Below, in pieces: positions 1-8,835 of a stretch of 64,000 nt of DNA (positions are counted from its first letter, which is position 1; each line of letters starts with the position of its first letter). The notes under the pieces are model-generated. The model was not told where the DNA came from. It ran no database searches and saw only the letters and a list, made by a program, of their open reading frames with translations. The stretch is from Candidatus Woesearchaeota archaeon (GTDB lineage: Archaea; Nanobdellota; Nanobdellia; Woesearchaeales; UBA10216), in the NCBI GenBank assembly GCA_016184345.1, contig JACPCV010000005.1, forward strand, positions 97,017 through 161,016. Direction: 5' to 3'. The translations under genes were made by a program, and so were the position numbers.

Positions 1-471
1 ACGTATGGCTGGGCCATACTTGTCGTCCTGGTTGTTATCGGTGCGCTGGCGTATTTCGGCGTGCTGTCGCCATCAACATTGCTTCCTGAAAAGTGCACAT
101 TCCCTGTAAGCTTAAGCTGCACAGACCACTCTGTTAGTGGTACAGCCATTACTTTAATACTGCAGAACGGCGCAGGAAGAGACATGACTATAACAAGGAT
201 ATCAGCCGCTTCAGAGGCGCTGGGTGGTGGGGCAAACCCTGCCAACCTTGGCTGCGCGTGCGGCACAGGAGCCATCAGCACGACTTTCAGAAATGGTGGC
301 AGTGCAACTTTTATACTTAGCACTCCAGATGCAGGGTGCGCAACTTATTGCCAGTTCAGGGACACTGGCAGGGACAAGAACAGGTACAATATAACTCTCA
401 CGTACAGTTGGCTTGACAGCCCGACAATAACCCACCAGCTGTCTGGTGAATTGCTGGCAAGAAGGACGTAA
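1..471 (+). CDS. Archaeal type IV pilin-like protein, 5' end cut by window edge
   Basis: Frame is open from nt 1 (TYGWAILVVLVVIGALAYFGVLSPSTLLPEKCTFPV...). Hydrophobic pilin N-terminal helix. About 90% nt identity of nt 1-130 to 2002-2131 of the paralog at 1951-2526. Shared C-terminus GRDKNRYN..YSWLD..SGELLAR. Confidence 0.8.
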   Translation, partial: TYGWAILVVLVVIGALAYFGVLSPSTLLPEKCTFPVSLSCTDHSVSGTAITLILQNGAGRDMTITRISAASEALGGGANPANLGCACGTGAISTTFRNGGSATFILSTPDAGCATYCQFRDTGRDKNRYNITLTYSWLDSPTITHQLSGELLARRT

Positions 472-478
472 GTCAAGG

Positions 479-523
479 CTTTCTTTTTATTTTTCTTTTT
501 GTTTTCTTTTCTTTCTTTTTTCC
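479..523 (+). terminator. T/C-rich tract after the pilin gene; candidate archaeal oligo-T terminator
   Basis: ctttctttttatttttctttttgttttcttttctttctttttt lies directly after the stop codon at 469-471. Confidence 0.4.
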
Positions 524-577
524 AGTTTCTCATTCCAAAAAGTTAATATACACAGCTTTAGCTAATTGCCCTGCAAA

Positions 578-1360
578 ATGAAAAAAGAGAGGAAAGGCCA
601 GGCGGCTTTTGAATACATACTTGTAGCGGCTGTAATCGGGATAATGATACTCCCGGCAGCCTACCTTTTCTTCAGGTACTCGCACAGCACTGCAGACCAG
701 ATAGACAAGGCACAGCTTGACCAGCTTGGCAGGAACATTGTGGCTGCAGCCGAAAGGATTTACTTCCAGGGGCCGCCGTCAAGGACAGAGCTTGAGGCCA
801 GAATGCCAAAAAACGTGCTTAACGTGTCAGTCATAGGAAGCTGGAATACAGGGATGCAGGAGCTGGTGATGATAGCAGGGGGGGCAAACGGCGTGGCAGA
901 GTTCCCATACCCTTCAAAGGTGAACATAAACGGCTCATTCAACGGCAGCCTGCATGAGCTGGCAGTAGGCGCCGGCATAAAGAAGGTAAGCATTGAGGCG
1001 TACGAAACCCAGCCTGACAGCAGCGGAGGGGCAACAAGCTTTGTCAACATAAACTTCGGAGGAAGGTGCCCGGTCTCAACAGTTATTGACTACAACGGCG
1101 ACGGCTCTGTTGACGGGCAGGACTGGACTTTCTTCAACAGGTGCTTCTGCGACTCCCCAGGCTACCCCAAGTTCAGGCCGTCCAAAACGTGGAAAAGCGG
1201 ATGGTTTGACAACTCGGGCGCTTTTGGCCAGAGCAGTCAATACCTTGCGTGCGTGAATCTTGACTACAATGGCGACTGTGTTGTTGACCAGGATGATGCA
1301 GATCTTGCCTGCTCAACATTGGGAGCGCTTTGCGGAGCAGCGAGCTGCCCACCGCCATAA
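578..1360 (+). CDS. Pilin-like protein with C-terminal dockerin/EF-hand-like Ca-binding repeats
   Basis: ATG at 578 gives MKKERKGQ|AAFEYILVAAVIGIMIL, a class III signal peptide followed by a hydrophobic helix. Two DxNxDGxVDxxD-type segments: DYNGDGSVDGQD and DYNGDCVVDQDD. Confidence 0.75.
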   Translation: MKKERKGQAAFEYILVAAVIGIMILPAAYLFFRYSHSTADQIDKAQLDQLGRNIVAAAERIYFQGPPSRTELEARMPKNVLNVSVIGSWNTGMQELVMIAGGANGVAEFPYPSKVNINGSFNGSLHELAVGAGIKKVSIEAYETQPDSSGGATSFVNINFGGRCPVSTVIDYNGDGSVDGQDWTFFNRCFCDSPGYPKFRPSKTWKSGWFDNSGAFGQSSQYLACVNLDYNGDCVVDQDDADLACSTLGALCGAASCPPP

Positions 1361-1450
1361 GCGTTGCCGCACATCCCAAGTGCCTATAGAAACCTATTTA
1401 TACCAAAACATGCTTGGCTGTGCCATAAGTAAAAAAAGAGGCCATGGGTA

Positions 1451-1930
1451 ATGAAAAAGAAGCGCACTAGTTTATCAAATTTCAGGCTTATTGACGACCG
1501 CACTGCTGTTTTCGGATTTCTGGCTTTCCTTGTCATTGTGCTGTTCATATTTGATGCTGCTGCAGACCAGCAGGCACTTTTTGGCTACAAAAGCGCCCTC
1601 ACCACAACGGTGCAAAGCAGCGGAGGGGCGTGGAGCAGCACAGCAACCAGCCAAATACTTACAAAAGAGCTTGCCGACCAGGTGGTCTCAAAGCTGGTAA
1701 TTGACTCACGCGAAAAGGATGGGGTTGCATTCATAGTGAAAGACACTGTTGACCTGCAGCTGCTTGACTATTTCACGAGGATGGATTATGAAACAATAAA
1801 ATCCCAACTCGGCATCCAGAGCGACTTCGTGATTCACTTTGAAGACGAGGCAGGCATGGTCGTGCCAATGGGCAACAGGTTCTGCATTGGCAGCAAAAAC
1901 GCGAAAATAAACGGCGTGCCATGCAGCTAA
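1451..1930 (+). CDS. N-terminally membrane-anchored pilus-cluster protein (paralog of 3223-3639)
   Basis: N-terminal TM segment (AVFGFLAFLVIVLFIF). C-terminal block LGIQSDFVIHFEDEAGMVVPMGNRFCIGS resembles LGVGSDFCIYLEDENGNIVPMEGKVGIGS in 3223-3639. Confidence 0.65.
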   Translation: MKKKRTSLSNFRLIDDRTAVFGFLAFLVIVLFIFDAAADQQALFGYKSALTTTVQSSGGAWSSTATSQILTKELADQVVSKLVIDSREKDGVAFIVKDTVDLQLLDYFTRMDYETIKSQLGIQSDFVIHFEDEAGMVVPMGNRFCIGSKNAKINGVPCS

Positions 1931-1950
1931 ATCCGGAAGGATACAGTAAG

Positions 1951-2526
1951 ATGGGCGATTTTTCTCATAAGAAAGGCCAGGCTGCTTTGGAGTTCCTGAT
2001 GACGTATGGCTGGGCCATACTTGTCGTGCTTGTTGTTATCGGTGCGCTGGCTTATTTCGGCGTGCTGTCGCCATCAACCTTGCTGCCTGAGAAGTGCACG
2101 TTCCCTGTGAGCGTAAGCTGCACTGACCACATCATAGGGAACACGCCTTATGTTGCAGTAACGCTGCAGAACGGCGCTGGCAGGGATATGTTCATAAGGG
2201 GCATGACCGCAACAAGTGACGCCTTGGGCGCTGGCAACATATGCACCACCAAGGCGGCAGGCGGAACGCCTCTGCTGTCTGACGTTTGCCCAACATCCAA
2301 CGGCGTAATAGGGCCTGGCGGCGCCAACACAGGATGCTTTGGCGGCCCCACATTCAGGAATGGGGAGACAAAAACGATAGTGATGAACCAGCCCGGCGGA
2401 ACCTGCACATCCACAAGCACAGGCAGGGACAAGAACAGGTACAACGTTACAGTATTTTACAGCTGGCTTGACAGCCAGGGCATAATGCACCAGTTTTCCG
2501 GCGAGCTGCTGGCGCGAAAGTCATAA
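1951..2526 (+). CDS. Archaeal type IV pilin-like protein
   Basis: ATG at 1951 gives MGDFSHKKGQ|AALEFLMTYGWAILVVLVVIGALAYFGV, a class III signal peptide motif. Paralog of 1-471. Confidence 0.8.
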   Translation: MGDFSHKKGQAALEFLMTYGWAILVVLVVIGALAYFGVLSPSTLLPEKCTFPVSVSCTDHIIGNTPYVAVTLQNGAGRDMFIRGMTATSDALGAGNICTTKAAGGTPLLSDVCPTSNGVIGPGGANTGCFGGPTFRNGETKTIVMNQPGGTCTSTSTGRDKNRYNVTVFYSWLDSQGIMHQFSGELLARKS

Positions 2527-2600
2527 AGCCGCAGTTGCTTTTCCGGCGCTGTCAGCCGTTAACTTTCCGGGAAAGCGGCGAAACTATTAAATAGCCGCCG

Positions 2601-3182
2601 ATGCAGTTTTGGCAGCAGATGATAGTAAAAAAAAGAGGAGTCAAGGCAGGCAAAAAAGGGCAGTCAGCGAATGAGGCTGCTATGCTGATAACGTTCCTGA
2701 CATTTTCCCTTATCGTGACACTGGCAGCAATTTCAGACGACATTATCTCGGCAAGCGACAACAACTACAGAGCGCTCATACAGGATGTCGCTGGCGTCAT
2801 TGAGCAGGAAGCCCTGATAGCCTTCAGCTCCGAGAATGGCTACTACCACGCTTTCACCCTGCCGCCAAAGCTTAACGGCCAGCCTTACATCACTAGCATA
2901 CTGAATTCATCATCAATAAGCAGCCAGGCCAACATAACGATGATTGCAGTCGCCTCAAAAAGGTTAAGCGTGGCGATAAACGTCACAAAGGTGCTTCCAA
3001 GGGATGTGCTGGGCAACCTCGTGAGAGGCCAAAATACTGTTCGCAAGGAGCAGGGTAGGGTGATTTTCAGGCCCATACCGCTCACAGCAGCGCAGCAGGG
3101 CGACTGCAATCCAGGATGCGGCAGCGGCGGCACCGTAGCTCCTGAGGAGTGCTGCGACCACATGCGGCTATGTTGCACATAG
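2601..3182 (+). CDS. Pilin-like protein (class III signal peptide-like N-terminus), Cys-rich C-terminus
   Basis: ..KAGKKGQ|SANEAAMLITFLTFSLIVTLAAI. An alternative start at 2619 is possible. The C-terminus is CNPGCGSGGTVAPEECCDHMRLCC. Confidence 0.6.
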   Translation: MQFWQQMIVKKRGVKAGKKGQSANEAAMLITFLTFSLIVTLAAISDDIISASDNNYRALIQDVAGVIEQEALIAFSSENGYYHAFTLPPKLNGQPYITSILNSSSISSQANITMIAVASKRLSVAINVTKVLPRDVLGNLVRGQNTVRKEQGRVIFRPIPLTAAQQGDCNPGCGSGGTVAPEECCDHMRLCCT

Positions 3183-3222
3183 AGAATTGGCATAAAGATT
3201 TAAAAAAGCCTTGGCTTTGAAA

Positions 3223-3639
3223 ATGCCAGCAAGAGTGCAAAAAATGAAAAAGGGGCAAACATTCTCAACCGATGCCATAGTGGCTGTTGTGATGTTCGTT
3301 ATAGCTGTGATAATGCTTTACTACCTCTCCGGGCCAGCTACTACAAATAAGCAGTCTGAAAAGCTGCAGTCAGAGGCAGAGAAGCTGCCGGCAACACTCA
3401 GCTCGCAGCAGAACCTAAGCTCTATTTTCATACAGGGCTCAAGAATTGACGAGCAAAAGCTCAGCGAAGCCATAAACCTGAACTATGACAACCTCAAAAG
3501 CCTGCTCGGAGTGGGATCAGACTTCTGCATATACCTTGAAGATGAGAATGGCAACATCGTGCCGATGGAAGGGAAAGTAGGCATTGGCAGCCCGCTTGCC
3601 AACTTCAGCGGCAAAGGCTGCAATGAAACGTTACAATAG
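3223..3639 (+). CDS. Pilin-like / pilus-associated protein
   Basis: MPARVQKMKKGQ|TFSTDAIVAVVMFVIAVIML. A gatttaaaaaag box lies about 20 nt upstream. C-terminal block is paralogous to 1451-1930. Confidence 0.65.
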   Translation: MPARVQKMKKGQTFSTDAIVAVVMFVIAVIMLYYLSGPATTNKQSEKLQSEAEKLPATLSSQQNLSSIFIQGSRIDEQKLSEAINLNYDNLKSLLGVGSDFCIYLEDENGNIVPMEGKVGIGSPLANFSGKGCNETLQ

Positions 3640-3655
3640 GGCAGAACCGGCAAAA

Positions 3656-4174
3656 ATGCCACACCAAAGACTGTGCAATGGCAAAAAGGCCCAGTACCTT
3701 ACCATTGACGCTTTTATTGCATCAATGATAGTGGCAGTATCCCTTGTCATAGTCCTTGCTGCCAGGACAACCCTGCCTTACACTTCACAGTCAGAGGCTG
3801 TGTCAAAAGGCCTTGCTGAATCACTGTCGCAGGTGAAGCTCAGCGAACTCAACAACCCCCTTGTCATCAACATGTCAAGAAACGGCACAATAACAAATCT
3901 GGACAACACAATACTCCAGCAGGCGGCTGAGTTTTATTTCATCGGGAACAGGCACTACGCTTTTGAGCTGCTCAGGAATGTCAGCCAGACACTCATACCA
4001 AAGCAGTACAGCTTTGACGTCATAGTAAACAACGACCTGCTTTACAACAGGACAATAAAAACAGAGAACTCCAGCAGCGTGCTCGTGTCATCAAAGAAGC
4101 TTGTGTTTGGCGTTGTCAACAGGACAGCCCTTGTTTACGGCCCCACAATAGCTGAAGTCAGGCTCTGGCAATAA
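3656..4174 (+). CDS. Pilin-like / pilus-associated protein
   Basis: MPHQRLCNGKKAQ|YLTIDAFIASMIVAVSLVIVLAA. An alternative ATG at 3623 is possible. The stop codon lies inside the palindromic element at 4167-4202. Confidence 0.6.
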   Translation: MPHQRLCNGKKAQYLTIDAFIASMIVAVSLVIVLAARTTLPYTSQSEAVSKGLAESLSQVKLSELNNPLVINMSRNGTITNLDNTILQQAAEFYFIGNRHYAFELLRNVSQTLIPKQYSFDVIVNNDLLYNRTIKTENSSSVLVSSKKLVFGVVNRTALVYGPTIAEVRLWQ

Positions 4175-4202
4175 GGGGCTGCACCCCCTTATCAACCCCC
4201 GC
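4167..4202. repeat. 34-36-nt palindromic element, copy 1 (ggcaataagggg-ctgca-cccccttatcaacccccgc)
   Basis: Reverse complement of the consensus GGGGTTGATAAGGGG-N-CCCCTTATTGCC, which is also seen at 15626-15715, 54029-54062 and 57146-57177. It contains the TAA stop of ORF 3656-4174. Confidence 0.85.
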
Positions 4203-4206
4203 TAAA

Positions 4207-5370
4207 ATGAAAAAAACACTCATTCGCAACAAAAGAGGAATTTTCTTCACGTCAATAGCCATACTAATCTCAGCGGTGCTCGTGCTTACATTTGGCACGC
4301 CGGCCAGCGTAACGACAAAGGAGCAAATCCCGCTGACACAGGCAAAAGCAGACATGGCAAATGCGCAGGCGCGCGACCTCAAATACAGCTACCTGCCCCA
4401 GTCACTTTACGTCTCAACCTACAGCGCCCTCTACGCCATGTCAGAGTACATGCGGCTAAGGGGCGGCTACTTCCAGGGAGCTGATGCCGACCAGAAATTC
4501 AACGCAACGCTGAAAGAGGTTATGATTAACGGCACCATATGCTGCGGCCTGGCAGGCCACCTTCCCCCATGCGATTCTGATTCCCTGGCTGACGTGAATA
4601 ACCCAGCCATCCATAAAGGGGCTGATGACTGCCTCGGCAAAGCCATAATGAAAGACAGGAACTTCACCAAGCGGCTTAAGGACATGGAAAACGCTTCCTT
4701 CACTGCCTTCAGGATAAACACGACGTTCAACAAGGACTATAATAACATGGTAATCCAGCTGTTCCAGGACAACCAGACCGGGCCCTGGCAAATCGGCGTT
4801 AACATAAGCGTGAACTACTCAATAACAGCCGGTGATGTCATGATAAACAACTCTGAAAACGTAAGCGTCATATTCGGCATAGAGGGAATACCAGACCCGC
4901 TGTACGCAGTGCAAAGCCAGCAAACGCCCCAGGACGGCAGTATTACGTACACCAACTACTTTAACGCCACGAACATTACAAACTGGAACATATCAGCGTT
5001 CTACCACGAGATAGAGTGGCGCCTCTACAGGCACGAGCCAAACGGCTCAAGCTTCCTCAACAGGTTCTACGGAAGGGATGAGCGCTCGCCATGCTGCGGC
5101 GTTGAGAGCCTGATAAACCCAGCGGACATGGGCACGGTCAACGGGGCATTGGAGAAGCCGTACGTTGACTGGTGCTACTACGGCAGAAACAACCGCTGCA
5201 CCACAGCCCAGACAGGAGCCATGTGGAACGTCACATGCGTCACGGCAGCCGTTGACGGCGAAAAGTTCTTCAAATACGCCATTGACACGTTCCACGCAAC
5301 GCAGTACAACATAACCAATTACCTATATGACCTGCCCCCATCGACATGCCCAGAGATACCTTTCCCGTGA
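4207..5370 (+). CDS. Large secreted/anchored pilus-cluster protein, Cys-rich, many N-glycosylation sequons
   Basis: N-terminus MKKTLIRNKRG|IFFTSIAILISAVLVLTF. More than 15 NxS/T sequons (for example NATNITNWNIS). Multiple Cys pairs. Confidence 0.65.
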   Translation: MKKTLIRNKRGIFFTSIAILISAVLVLTFGTPASVTTKEQIPLTQAKADMANAQARDLKYSYLPQSLYVSTYSALYAMSEYMRLRGGYFQGADADQKFNATLKEVMINGTICCGLAGHLPPCDSDSLADVNNPAIHKGADDCLGKAIMKDRNFTKRLKDMENASFTAFRINTTFNKDYNNMVIQLFQDNQTGPWQIGVNISVNYSITAGDVMINNSENVSVIFGIEGIPDPLYAVQSQQTPQDGSITYTNYFNATNITNWNISAFYHEIEWRLYRHEPNGSSFLNRFYGRDERSPCCGVESLINPADMGTVNGALEKPYVDWCYYGRNNRCTTAQTGAMWNVTCVTAAVDGEKFFKYAIDTFHATQYNITNYLYDLPPSTCPEIPFP

Positions 5371-5378
5371 CACTCTTT

Positions 5379-5476
5379 GGGAAAGAGGTTCAATCCAGAA
5401 AACGAAAGCTTTTTGATTAACCTTTCCCAAATCGTGCAAACGCACGATTGGGCCCAGTCGCTGGAGGCGACTTGGG
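5379..5476. repeat. Composite hairpin element (long hairpin plus twin bulged hairpins)
   Basis: Hairpin gggaaagaggttcaatc..gattaacctttccc (5379-5428). Twin hairpins cccaaatcg..cgattggg (5426-5452) and cccagtcgc..gcgacttggg (5453-5476). Same modules as the proS insert at 34257-34345. Confidence 0.85.
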
Positions 5477-5492
5477 TTCTTAAAAAGGTTAA

Positions 5493-6320
5493 ATGATAAA
5501 GAAAACATTCACAGTTGCAAAGAATACCGCGGCATTCTTCATTGCTGCAGTAAACGCGTTCAACCCGTTTGCTTACGGCGGCATCACGCAAAAGTCGCTG
5601 CAGGCAGTCATTATGCAGCTGCTTTACCTACTGCTGATTGTTACCCTGGCAATGGCTGCATTAACAATCCCTTCACTGGCATCGGTAGGAAGCAAAAGCC
5701 AGCTTCCCCTTGACAAGTTCTCAAATCTCACCTTGAAAGCGGAAATAGCCACGAAAGCACCAATTGAATCAGAACTCTTCTGGCTTGGCAACGCAAAGGT
5801 CCTTGTCAACACGACAGCAGATGCGGCAGCAACAGGCAAATATGACTTTGTGCTCACCAGCACTGAGCTAAGGAGCAGGCCGTTCCCCTGCCTCTTCAGG
5901 CAGGAGCTTTGCAGCATTCTGGGAATAAAGCACAAGGCAGTGCCAATCAAAGAGCTTGACCTTGCCCAGAGGGCACAAAAAAACAGGGCAGCGCTCCAGG
6001 CTTTCATCCTGCTGCTCCTGCCTGGCCTTATAATCCTGCTGTTCCTGTCAATGGTCGTCAAGTACGTCGCAGTTTCAGCAGCAGCTGCGCTCATAGGCTT
6101 TATTATCCTTAAGATAGCAAGGAAGGACACCGGCCTTTTTGACGCCCTTAAGATAGCATTTTACGCTGCAAACGCGCTTGTAATCCTGGACGCTGCGCTC
6201 TTCCTGCTCAGGCACACAGGCGCTGAAATACCAAGCTTCATTCCCCTGGCGGCGTACCTTGTCCTAATCATAGCCGCAGTCATGGCGAACGAGCAAAGGC
6301 TTTCCGACAGCATGATTTAA
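5493..6320 (+). CDS. Polytopic membrane protein of unknown function (end of pilin cluster)
   Basis: 275-aa ORF with several long hydrophobic segments. No recognisable motif. Confidence 0.55.
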   Translation: MIKKTFTVAKNTAAFFIAAVNAFNPFAYGGITQKSLQAVIMQLLYLLLIVTLAMAALTIPSLASVGSKSQLPLDKFSNLTLKAEIATKAPIESELFWLGNAKVLVNTTADAAATGKYDFVLTSTELRSRPFPCLFRQELCSILGIKHKAVPIKELDLAQRAQKNRAALQAFILLLLPGLIILLFLSMVVKYVAVSAAAALIGFIILKIARKDTGLFDALKIAFYAANALVILDAALFLLRHTGAEIPSFIPLAAYLVLIIAAVMANEQRLSDSMI

Positions 6321-6349
6321 AAAAAGCACACAAAACCTGCCTTTGCAAG

Positions 6350-7339
6350 ATGAAAGAGCGATTAGTGTGCCTTGGAATTGAAAGCACAGCCCACACTTTC
6401 GGGGTCGGCATCGCTACTACTGGTAAGACTGGCGGCCGTATCCTTGCCAACGTCATCAAGCAGTTCACAACCAGGAAAGGCGGCATAATACCTGCAGAGG
6501 CAGCAGAGCACCACGTTGACATCTGTGATGTTGCTATAACTGAGGCGTTAGCCGCAGCTGCAATTACGCTGAAAGACGTTGATATTGTTTCATTCTCTCA
6601 GGGACCGGGCATAGGCAACTGCCTTAGAGTTGGAGCGGCAGCAGCTCGCACACTGTCTCTTGCCCACAAAAAGCCCCTTGTTGGCGTTAACCACTGCATC
6701 TCACATCTTGAGATAGGCAAATTACTGACTGCAGCCAAAGACCCGGTGCTGCTGTACGTCTCAGGCGCAAACACGCAAGTCATTGCTTTTGAAACTGGGA
6801 AGTACCGCATCTTTGGGGAAACGCTTGACATTGGGGTTGGCAACATGCTTGACGTTTTTGCGAGGCACATCGGCATAGGATTCCCGGGAGGGCCGCGGAT
6901 TATGCGGCTTGCAACAGCCGGCAAGAGATACATAGAACTCCCTTACGTTGTAAAGGGGATGGACGTGAGCTTTGGCGGCATACTCACGAACATCAAGCGC
7001 AAATATGACAGCGGGGATTACAGAAAGGAAGACCTGTGCTACTCACTTCAGGAAACAGTCTTTGCAATGCTTGTTGAAACAGCCGAAAGGGCCCTTGCCC
7101 ACACCGGAAAAAGTGAGCTTCTCCTCGGCGGAGGGGTGGCATGCAACACCCGCCTTCAGGAAATGTGCAGGGCAATGTGCGAGGAAAGGGGAGCCAAGCT
7201 GTTTGTTCCGGAAAGGCAGTTCCTCGTTGACAACGGGGCAATGATTGCGTGGCTAGGCATCCTTGAATACCTCAAAGGCACAAGGACACAAGTTGAAAAG
7301 TCAGAGATACTGCCGTACTGGAGGACGGATGAGGCTTAA
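6350..7339 (+). CDS. kae1: tRNA N6-adenosine threonylcarbamoyltransferase Kae1
   Basis: CLGIESTAHTFGVGI, NHCISHLEIG (metal-binding His pair), LLLGGGVACN, VDNGAMIAW. It is stand-alone, with no Bud32 fusion. Confidence 0.9.
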   Translation: MKERLVCLGIESTAHTFGVGIATTGKTGGRILANVIKQFTTRKGGIIPAEAAEHHVDICDVAITEALAAAAITLKDVDIVSFSQGPGIGNCLRVGAAAARTLSLAHKKPLVGVNHCISHLEIGKLLTAAKDPVLLYVSGANTQVIAFETGKYRIFGETLDIGVGNMLDVFARHIGIGFPGGPRIMRLATAGKRYIELPYVVKGMDVSFGGILTNIKRKYDSGDYRKEDLCYSLQETVFAMLVETAERALAHTGKSELLLGGGVACNTRLQEMCRAMCEERGAKLFVPERQFLVDNGAMIAWLGILEYLKGTRTQVEKSEILPYWRTDEA

Positions 7340-7417
7340 CTCACAGAAACAGTCGCAGACTCGATTACTCGCTTAAGGTCACCGGTGAAGATTTTACTTG
7401 CCTTTATAATTTCAATA

Positions 7418-7792
7418 TTAAGCAACTACCGGCACAGGAATAGGCAGTTTCTTCTCAACGATAGTGTTTTCATTCTTCCCTGGAATGGAGAGTTTAATCC
7501 ATACTATGGCATAATCTGCCCTCTTGCTAACAGTTATTTCTGCGCTTTTGAGTTCAGCTAGGTGCTCTTTTTGCACACCAACGTGATTAAGGAACTCCGA
7601 GGCATAAACCAATTCAATGCCAACAATGTTGCTGTTTTTGTCAAAATCAAAACTGAAGTCAGAAAGCTCTGCACTTCCTTCAACCTTCTTCCCTCTTCTG
7701 TGTATGTTCAATATGTCGGATTTCTCATTATAATCCCACACAAAATATCTGTCCTGGCCAGCTGTCATGGTTTCCATTACATCATTTATCAT
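7418..7792 (-). CDS. DUF2283-like small protein (putative antitoxin partner)
   Basis: YFVWDYNEKSDILNIHRR...FDFDKNSNIVGIELVYASEFL follows the DUF2283 pattern. It lies immediately downstream of 7795-8127. Confidence 0.45.
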   Translation of the reverse strand: MINDVMETMTAGQDRYFVWDYNEKSDILNIHRRGKKVEGSAELSDFSFDFDKNSNIVGIELVYASEFLNHVGVQKEHLAELKSAEITVSKRADYAIVWIKLSIPGKNENTIVEKKLPIPVPVVA

Positions 7793-7794
7793 AT

Positions 7795-8127
7795 TTAAAA
7801 CCTTCGTCTTTTGACTGATCCTAACCTGAAATTACTGCTTAGTCTCTTAACTGTCCGGATATTTACCTTCCTGTAGACTAATAAATCCACTATTATTTTC
7901 AGTTCAGTTTTCCTGTTAAGCTTATAGTAGAGCTTATAAACCTTGGGCCTATCTTCAACCACTCTTATAAGTTCGTGTGCCTTCCCACGCAATACGCTCT
8001 TAACATACTCCAAAGTTATGCCATTCTCCTCGCAGCGCATAGCGACATGCGGCTGGTCAGCAGTAATGTCTTCCTCACTAAGCCCTTGAGCTAGCTTATT
8101 AAAATCGGCAGGTTCCATGCAACTCAA
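7795..8127 (-). CDS. DUF4258-like small protein (putative toxin partner)
   Basis: PHVAMRCEENGITLEYVKSVLRG resembles the DUF4258 H..RM.ERGI core. Adjacent to the DUF2283-like gene with a 2-nt gap. Confidence 0.35.
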   Translation of the reverse strand: MSCMEPADFNKLAQGLSEEDITADQPHVAMRCEENGITLEYVKSVLRGKAHELIRVVEDRPKVYKLYYKLNRKTELKIIVDLLVYRKVNIRTVKRLSSNFRLGSVKRRRF

Positions 8128-8177
8128 CTTCTTTCTCAGGTTCAGGAGAACTCGTATTTAAACCCCAGCCGGGCATC

Positions 8178-8283
8178 TGTCCAGTGCAAATCGGTTACGC
8201 CGATTGCACACAGCATCGGCAACAGCCGATGCGTATAGGCGGCGTAACCGCCTATATTCCGCATCGCGGAATTGTGTCCAGTG
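8178..8283. repeat. Four-hairpin array flanked by 9-bp direct repeats TGTCCAGTG
   Basis: Direct repeats at 8178-8186 and 8275-8283. Hairpins at 8186-8207 (bulged), 8213-8232 (gcatcggc/gccgatgc), 8235-8255 (ataggcgg/ccgcctat) and 8256-8272 (attccgc/gcggaat). Confidence 0.85.
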
Positions 8284-8430
8284 GATCCTACGAAAATTTT
8301 GAAAATATTTCAATAAATTGACGATTTTCCGAAATTCATCTGCCGCTTTCCGAATTATTTCCGGCCGTAGCAGAATTCTTCCAACTTTTTGTGGCTAAAG
8401 CTCATTAATCCTGACTGCCTATGTGGCGTT

Positions 8431-8835
8431 ATGATAGTGTCAGAGAAAAAACTCGTTGTTGCGTGCGTAATAGTGGCTGCTGCGGGTATTTTTACTCTTT
8501 TATTCCTGTCATCAGTTCTGCAGCCGCTGCAGTTGCCTGTTTCAAAGGCGTCAGAGCTGGCGTGCTCAAAAACAGGAAACAGCGAGAAAGTGCGCATTCT
8601 CGGCTTCATTGACTCTGTTTCCATACGTAGCAATCACGCCCTGATTACGGTTTCAGGCAGTGAAACAATAGAGGCAATAAGCTTTGACACGGCTCAGGTT
8701 AAGGAACTAGGGCTTAAAAGGTTCCAGCGTGTTGAAATCACAGGCCAGCTCAGGAATTACAACGGCAAGCCTTCATTAGTTATAACAAAATTAAGGCAGG
8801 TTAATGGCAGTTACGGCTGCAGCTGCGGTGGTTAG
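8431..8835 (+). CDS. Membrane-anchored OB-fold protein
   Basis: N-terminal TM (LVVACVIVAAAGIFTLLFL). The C-terminal part, VRILGFIDSV...RVEITGQLRNYNGKPSLVI, is typical of OB-fold nucleic-acid-binding domains. The start could be 8389. Confidence 0.5.
   Translation: MIVSEKKLVVACVIVAAAGIFTLLFLSSVLQPLQLPVSKASELACSKTGNSEKVRILGFIDSVSIRSNHALITVSGSETIEAISFDTAQVKELGLKRFQRVEITGQLRNYNGKPSLVITKLRQVNGSYGCSCGG

Noticed and set aside
5379-5476. Possibility that the GGTTCAATCC-containing modules at 5387-5396, 34321-34330 and elsewhere are T-arms of additional hidden tRNA genes.
   Set aside because: I could not find flanking T-stem complementarity or acceptor or D arms around these copies. They fit the shared intron/repeat module better than a cloverleaf.
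8178-8283. Possibility that the hairpin arrays at 8178-8283, 11251-11340, 15626-15715 and 41761-41913 are CRISPR arrays.
   Set aside because: There is no regular repeat-spacer periodicity. The units are different short palindromes placed back to back, without unique spacers of constant length, and no cas genes are nearby.
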